From a virus, in the IMG/VR virus record IMGVR_UViG_3300027908_000020, positions 1 to 60,544 of that record: 60,544 nucleotides of DNA; one strand, written 5' to 3'. The translations under genes and the position numbers were made by a program. The stretch's first letter is position 1, and every line of letters starts with the position of its first letter. Under the pieces are notes generated by a model, which saw nothing but the letters and a program-made list of their open reading frames with translations, did not search any database and had not been told where the DNA came from. Positions 55,218 through 60,544 of the stretch are shown here, in pieces.

Positions 55218-55741
55218 AATCAATAGATTATTTAGTTACAAAATATTCATATTATAATGGGAATCCAGATTATCTTGAGGAGTTTTCCCCGTTTCATGGA
55301 TACTATCAGCCTGGGCAGGCTGCTGGAGAAGCTTTAGATAAACAGCAAAACTATTCAGATTACTTTAATGATAAACAAAGAGATGGCAAAGAGTTTAAGG
55401 AATTTGAAGAATTTAGAAAAAAACGCAATAAAAAACTAAAAAGAATCAAGCAGCTTCAAAAGTTAAAGAAACTCAGGAAAATGAAAGAAGAAGAAATCCC
55501 AGAACAGGATAAAAAGGATGTGTTCGAACCTCATCCTTTTTATTCCTCTATGTATGGATATACAGGGTTTGAGGGCGCATATACTTCCCCTCTAGAGTAT
55601 TATTCGGGTAGTATAGCTGACGAGCCTGGGTCCCAAACAATAAACCCCTATAACAGTACCTGGCAACTCGCCAGCGATAATTCAGTCAAAATTATAATCA
55701 GATCTATGATTTTAAAAGATTTTTGCAAAAATGGGTCATAA
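55214..55741 (+). CDS. Hypothetical Tyr-rich protein with basic helix
   Basis: ATGA-coupled to the CCA gene. Confidence 0.65.
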   Translation: MKSIDYLVTKYSYYNGNPDYLEEFSPFHGYYQPGQAAGEALDKQQNYSDYFNDKQRDGKEFKEFEEFRKKRNKKLKRIKQLQKLKKLRKMKEEEIPEQDKKDVFEPHPFYSSMYGYTGFEGAYTSPLEYYSGSIADEPGSQTINPYNSTWQLASDNSVKIIIRSMILKDFCKNGS

Positions 55742-55808
55742 CCTAACTATACATATTGCTGCATAACTAGTGCATTACAAAAGGTAGTTTTTAAACTTGA
55801 GGTCGTAA

Positions 55809-56711
55809 ATGGCATTGTATAAAAGTTCACAACTCATGTATGCTGATGATTTTATGAAAGATCTAGGCGATGAAGATGAGGTAGTTCTATATGAAGATAA
55901 ACCATCTGAAGAGGATGTTGTCGAACTACATTCTCCAGGTGAGGAGGAATCCTCTTCCCCAATGGAAATAACATTCAAGCTACCACCATTGCCAGGCTCC
56001 GATGCTGATATGCCACTTGAAGTTTCTACCGACGATGATATCGAAGTAGAAGAGGGCGGAGGAAAGAAAGATAAGAACGATCTTAAAGAAGATATAGAGG
56101 TCCAAGACCCATGGAATCCACAGAAGACTCACGGCGCAGATCGTATCTTTGAATGGTACCAAGATAGAATTAACAGTATCCCACGTCATAGCGGAAGAGA
56201 GATATCTGGTATTGAGCGAGTTATTGCTTACTTGCAGAGAATGGACAGAGAAATGTCCAAAGTAATTGCAAACGATTATGATGGTAAGGTTGACATCCAG
56301 GCTTTTGAAAACGCTCGAAGAGAAATTCATAGTGCAGTCGATAGATGTGAAAAAGCCCTCGACACCCTCAAGAAGTCTTTGAAAAAGGCTTTTGTACAAG
56401 AAGATGATCTGGTAAAAGAAGCACAGAAGTCAACTCATGTTGGTGGTATTATCGTAACAGTTCCAATATTTATCTCTAGATTAGCCCGTATCTGCATCAA
56501 CGGGATGGTATCTGCCGGACATGACATCGAAGATCTATATGGTCGTTTGGTTAAAAAATATGCCCTTGATGAGCGTGAACAAGCCGAACTTATGCAATTA
56601 CTTTTTGACATGGGTTTCCCACTCAGGAGAGACCGTGGTTTCAACACAAACGAGTTAATTGACCAGACCTCGTCTGATAATATGGACTGGGCTGCAAATT
56701 ATCCATCGTAA
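55809..56711 (+). CDS. Hypothetical protein with acidic N-terminus
   Basis: GAGG SD; KSSQ and KEAQ motifs. Confidence 0.7.
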   Translation: MALYKSSQLMYADDFMKDLGDEDEVVLYEDKPSEEDVVELHSPGEEESSSPMEITFKLPPLPGSDADMPLEVSTDDDIEVEEGGGKKDKNDLKEDIEVQDPWNPQKTHGADRIFEWYQDRINSIPRHSGREISGIERVIAYLQRMDREMSKVIANDYDGKVDIQAFENARREIHSAVDRCEKALDTLKKSLKKAFVQEDDLVKEAQKSTHVGGIIVTVPIFISRLARICINGMVSAGHDIEDLYGRLVKKYALDEREQAELMQLLFDMGFPLRRDRGFNTNELIDQTSSDNMDWAANYPS

Positions 56712-56719
56712 GGATTCCC

Positions 56720-57325
56720 ATGCCGAGCAACAAATATTACGGAAGATCTGTTTCAACTATTTCTCGCGACAACGGTGGCGTAGAGCGTGGTGAACGTGGT
56801 CCATCGTGGTTCAACGATTTTGTATCTAATCTTGAAAAAAATAGCATAAAGTCTAAAAGAGATATTTCAATGTTGGAACAAATAAACAACATATTAGGAA
56901 ATAAGTCAAAGTATTCAAATGTTGAAGAAGCAGTTCTAGACATGCAAAAAAGAACTGGACTATTCGATTATCTTCAACACAAGCATGCAGAAACAAACGA
57001 ACCAGCGATTTTTTCAAAGGTTCCAGTGATGAAGACCTATATAGATAATTATGTTAAGGACCGTCCGGGTACTACGGTCGACGCTGTAGTTATGGACCTT
57101 GTTAAGTTTGGTCCGATCAAAGATCATCTTCCAGAAAGTCATGATGTTCCAGAGGATGTAAAGCGTTACATTAGTAATAAAATATCTGAAATCAAATCAT
57201 ACAACCCTAGAGGTGATGAAGAGAATATGCAGATAGGTAAGCTTGATTTGCACGTAGATGACAATACATCACAAGATAATGATCCATTTGCAAATTGCAT
57301 GCCGAATAAAGATAGTATTAAGTAA
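56720..57325 (+). CDS. Hypothetical protein
   Basis: AAGGA SD; 201 aa. Confidence 0.7.
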   Translation: MPSNKYYGRSVSTISRDNGGVERGERGPSWFNDFVSNLEKNSIKSKRDISMLEQINNILGNKSKYSNVEEAVLDMQKRTGLFDYLQHKHAETNEPAIFSKVPVMKTYIDNYVKDRPGTTVDAVVMDLVKFGPIKDHLPESHDVPEDVKRYISNKISEIKSYNPRGDEENMQIGKLDLHVDDNTSQDNDPFANCMPNKDSIK

Positions 57326-57331
57326 ATTCAT

Positions 57332-60238
57332 ATGCCAGCTCAAGCCACAGATTTTATATTCGAAAAAATTAAAAATGCCCTGCTAAATATAGATCCTGTG
57401 GCGTTTTGCGAGAAGTACTTAAAACTAGATGGCAAACCGTTTCGATTGCATGGAAACGGGTACAAACCTTTTGCCGATATTTATCGTTATGTCGGTATCA
57501 AAGCGTTAGAAAAAGATTCAATACCAGTAATCATCGTTAAAGGACGTCAAGTAGGCGCAACAACAATGGCAGCGGCCCTTGAAATGTATTTCATGGGCTG
57601 TGGTCTTTTTGGGTCAACAGGTAAGCCACCAATAAGAATTGTTCATGCTTTCCCACAACTTGATTTGGCCTTTGCGTACACTAAGGTAAAGCTTAATGGA
57701 ATGATTAGTGATTCGGTTGTTCCAGAAGAACAGGTTCTTGCAAAAGGTATCAAGCCAAGAGCCTACATGCAATCGATGATTGATCCAGGATCACCAACAA
57801 ACGATTCTTTACAGTTCAAACAGTTTGTTGGAGGGAATCATATCTGGATTGAGTCAACCGGAATTGATGGTAACAGACTCAGAGGTAAACAGTTATCACT
57901 AGATACTGACTTACCAACACCACTAGGATTTATTAAACTACGTGATCTTAAAAAAGGAGATCGATTATTTGATGAACAAGGAAATATTTGTAATGTAATT
58001 AAATTACATCCGATAAATCTATCACCAGAATCTTATCGAATAACTTTCGATGATGGTACAAGCATAGATGCATGTGCAGATCATTTGTGGCTTACGTACA
58101 CAAGACGAGATCGTGCAGCAGCATGCAGATTTTTTAATCAAAAAAGCGATTATAAACCAAGACCAACAGTTAAAAAAACCAAAGAAATATTTGAAACTAT
58201 TAAAGTAAACAACGAAAGTAATCATTCTATACCTAATACTTTACCTTTGAATTATTCAGAAAAAGAGTTACCAATTGATCCATATTTATTTGGATTATGG
58301 CTTGGGGATGGTGATGGAAATGGTAGAATAGAAACGGCAGACCCAGAAATTCTTAATGATTATAATAATCATATTATACCATCATCAACTGGTAAATCAA
58401 AATCTGCCTCATACAGAGTAGCTGGACTCACAACGAAGTTAAGGAAGCTTGGATTATTATTAAATAATCATAAAAGAAAAAATAATATATATAAAAAATA
58501 TATACCAAATGATTACATGCTTGCTTCGTATGCGCAAAGACTTGCCCTTGTTCAAGGGCTTATGGATACAGATGGATTTTGTGATAAGAATGGCAGAGTA
58601 GAGTTTTGTTCCACAATATCAGAATTGGCGCATGATGTATTTGAATTACTATTAAGTTTAGGTATCAAAGCTCATATGTCAGAATCAGAAAGTTGGCTCT
58701 ATGACAATAAATGTAAAAATAGATTTAGAATTAATTTCGTTTCTAGGCTACCAGTATTTAGGCTAAAAAGAAAATTACATAATTTGAAAACAGATAATAA
58801 AGCTATTTTCATGAGTACACATAGGTATATTGTAGATGCGAAGAAGATAGACTCTGTGCCAATGAGATGCATAACTGTTGATAGTCCTAATCAATTATTT
58901 TTGATAACAAAAAAATTTATACCTACCCATAATACCGCTGATGTCCTTTTTTTCGATGAAGTTCAAGATATGCCAGCCTCTGCATTAAGCAATTCAACTA
59001 AGATTCTTGCCAAGGCCCAATATGGTTCGCAAGGTAATGGTATACAGGTTTATTTCGGAACACCAAAGCAGCGTGGCTCAGAATTCTGGACAATGTGGAA
59101 TCAATCATCTCAACAATATTATTATTTGGGATGTGATAAATGCAAGAAGCATTTTCCATTGTATACCCCAGGCTCCAATGATTGGGAAAACATTTGGCTC
59201 TACGGGTACATTGTTAGATGTACACACTGTGGATTCGAACAAGATAAACGTGATGCAGCTGAAAGAGGTAAATGGATTGCAACTAGAGATGCCTCCGACG
59301 CTAAGATAATTGGATTTCATATCAATCAGCTTTACATGCCTGAGTTTACAAGAGAGAAGATAATCTCCGAAAAGCCAGGTATTAGTGCCATTAATACAGA
59401 AAGAGCATATCAGAATGAAGTTCTTGGAGAGTTCTATCATGGTGAAGCAACAATAATAACTCCAGAACAAATCAGAGAATTATGTGGTGATCCTGAAAGA
59501 AAGTTTAGAGCTAGCATATCTACAGCAGAAGATTTGATGGTGTTCCTTGGAATAGATATCGGAGCAAGAAATGATTTAGAGCAATTGGTAGATTCTGAAA
59601 AAATTAAACCACAGGGCCAAAGCTATAGCACAGCTGTTGTAATTGCGATGACAGGGCCCAAACGAATGTCAATTGAATTTGCAACAAAATTCAAAAGAAA
59701 TGATCTTGCAAGTAAAAAGGGCTTAATTGATCAGGTTATGAGACAATATAATTGTAATTTAGCTGTGTGCGATATCGGATTCTCAAATGATTTAAGTGAA
59801 ATTTTACAAACAGAATATGGAGATAAGTTCTTATCATCACAATCATTACCACGTGTAAATGAACACATAAAATTTAATGATCAAACATTTCCAAAAATAA
59901 TTGCATTTGAAAAAGATTATTGGGTAGCAGATTTGTATGAGCAAATGAAAAAAGGAAACATAAGATTTCCGCTGGGTGATTATGAAAAAATTGCATGGCT
60001 TATACAGCATTGTACAAGTATGGAAATTAAACCAAGTATATCTAGAACTGGTGAAATAACTCCACATTATGTTAAAGGAAGTTCACCTAATGATGGATTT
60101 ATGGCTTTGCTTAATGCTTACATAGCATATAAATTTTATGTATCAGATGGATTTCAAATTAAACATCCTTTATCAATGACCGATAGCCAGGGAAGAAAAC
60201 CACCTGTTTTAAGTGGGTATCTACCGCGAATGAAGTAA
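57332..60238 (+). CDS. terL: Terminase large subunit (gpA-like), intein-containing
   Basis: KGRQVGATT Walker A; LRGK/TADVLFFDE Walker B after splicing; FGTP; CDKC...CTHC; GKW; GFHINQL; NEVLGEFY; GIDIG nuclease motif. Confidence 0.9.
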   Translation: MPAQATDFIFEKIKNALLNIDPVAFCEKYLKLDGKPFRLHGNGYKPFADIYRYVGIKALEKDSIPVIIVKGRQVGATTMAAALEMYFMGCGLFGSTGKPPIRIVHAFPQLDLAFAYTKVKLNGMISDSVVPEEQVLAKGIKPRAYMQSMIDPGSPTNDSLQFKQFVGGNHIWIESTGIDGNRLRGKQLSLDTDLPTPLGFIKLRDLKKGDRLFDEQGNICNVIKLHPINLSPESYRITFDDGTSIDACADHLWLTYTRRDRAAACRFFNQKSDYKPRPTVKKTKEIFETIKVNNESNHSIPNTLPLNYSEKELPIDPYLFGLWLGDGDGNGRIETADPEILNDYNNHIIPSSTGKSKSASYRVAGLTTKLRKLGLLLNNHKRKNNIYKKYIPNDYMLASYAQRLALVQGLMDTDGFCDKNGRVEFCSTISELAHDVFELLLSLGIKAHMSESESWLYDNKCKNRFRINFVSRLPVFRLKRKLHNLKTDNKAIFMSTHRYIVDAKKIDSVPMRCITVDSPNQLFLITKKFIPTHNTADVLFFDEVQDMPASALSNSTKILAKAQYGSQGNGIQVYFGTPKQRGSEFWTMWNQSSQQYYYLGCDKCKKHFPLYTPGSNDWENIWLYGYIVRCTHCGFEQDKRDAAERGKWIATRDASDAKIIGFHINQLYMPEFTREKIISEKPGISAINTERAYQNEVLGEFYHGEATIITPEQIRELCGDPERKFRASISTAEDLMVFLGIDIGARNDLEQLVDSEKIKPQGQSYSTAVVIAMTGPKRMSIEFATKFKRNDLASKKGLIDQVMRQYNCNLAVCDIGFSNDLSEILQTEYGDKFLSSQSLPRVNEHIKFNDQTFPKIIAFEKDYWVADLYEQMKKGNIRFPLGDYEKIAWLIQHCTSMEIKPSISRTGEITPHYVKGSSPNDGFMALLNAYIAYKFYVSDGFQIKHPLSMTDSQGRKPPVLSGYLPRMK
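57890..58933 (+). mobile_element. Class 3 intein (348 aa) with LAGLIDADG endonuclease
   Basis: Begins QLSLDTDLPTP; block B DHLW; block F MRCITV; ends PTHN before Thr; PYLFGLWLGDG and QGLMDTDG motifs. Confidence 0.9.
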
Positions 60239-60312
60239 TAACTGATAGTAAAAATGATAATGTTTTCCGTTTGATATATAGTATTTTACAAGTATAATAG
60301 TAGGGAGTTTTT

Positions 60313-60544
60313 GTGCAACCTAAGCAAGCTAAGACGGAACAATTTTTTCAGAATAAGAATTTGCCACCACTAGTGTCCAATACAATGTACAAGAGTGTCT
60401 CAGATTTTCGTAAGGAGACATTAGCAACAGAAGTTGATAAAGGTATTTATCGAGATGGCTCGCCATCTGCCGCTCGCGAAGGTTTGACCCCAGCATCGTT
60501 TGTTACTTCTTCTGTTGGTCTCAAGAAGAACGCACAACTAATTA
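60313..60544 (+). CDS. 5' part of a protein after the terminase (possibly portal), 3'-truncated
   Basis: GGGAG SD, GTG start, frame open to the window end (MQPKQAK...LKKNAQLI); the portal guess rests on gene order only. Confidence 0.55.
   Translation, partial: MQPKQAKTEQFFQNKNLPPLVSNTMYKSVSDFRKETLATEVDKGIYRDGSPSAAREGLTPASFVTSSVGLKKNAQLI

Noticed and set aside
1-60544. Bacterial chromosome or eukaryotic giant virus origin
   Set aside because: The terminase, gp32-like SSB, dNMP kinase, homing endonucleases and high fraction of hypotheticals indicate a phage; host-like genes are divergent and lack their usual operon context; SD sites and DnaE argue against an NCLDV
1-60544. Alternative genetic code
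   Set aside because: Conserved proteins are full length in code 11, and both TAG (e.g. 8889, 18105) and TGA (e.g. 28893, 39220) end genes at the expected positions
1-60544. tRNA or rRNA genes
   Set aside because: No cloverleaf or T-loop consensus seen in the intergenic gaps by eye; the 16S-complementary stretch at 21223 is only 13 nt and reads as an SD. A tRNAscan run would be decisive

Overview
An AT-rich, gene-dense segment (genetic code 11, almost all genes on the + strand) best read as part of a very large tailed dsDNA bacteriophage genome. It ends in a gpA-type large terminase carrying an intein, preceded by about 9 kb of probable virion or head-associated hypothetical genes. The middle is a replication, recombination and repair block: DnaE, DnaG in two separated pieces, gp32-like SSB, RecA, a UvsY-like protein, SbcCD, RuvC, a Cas4/RecB-like nuclease, TopA, an FtsK motor and a dNMP kinase. 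It also carries an unusually broad set of host-like genes: trigger factor, peptide deformylase with SEC-C, bS21, DnaJ, an active ClpP next to a catalytically dead ClpR-like paralogue, an M41 peptidase domain, an AAA+ ATPase, DksA, two HU/IHF proteins, Dps, a CCA/poly(A) nucleotidyltransferase and RmlA/RmlD. Several intact and decayed homing endonucleases are interspersed. Main observations: (1) a ribosome-exit/proteostasis toolkit; (2) apparently split enzymes (primase, possibly sigma factor and FtsH); (3) a recurring K-x-[A/S]-Q motif at domain junctions of putative head proteins and of Dps and the CCA enzyme, suggesting protease-matured, virion-packaged cargo; (4) an unannotated 29-aa Lys/Ser peptide with a 13-nt anti-SD complement and its own terminator; (5) a CRIPT-like zinc protein; (6) a Gln1 class 3 intein; (7) a GATATAT promoter-like motif with several probable leaderless genes. 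All calls come from motif recognition by eye; no database searches were run. No tRNA, rRNA or CRISPR array was found by eye.
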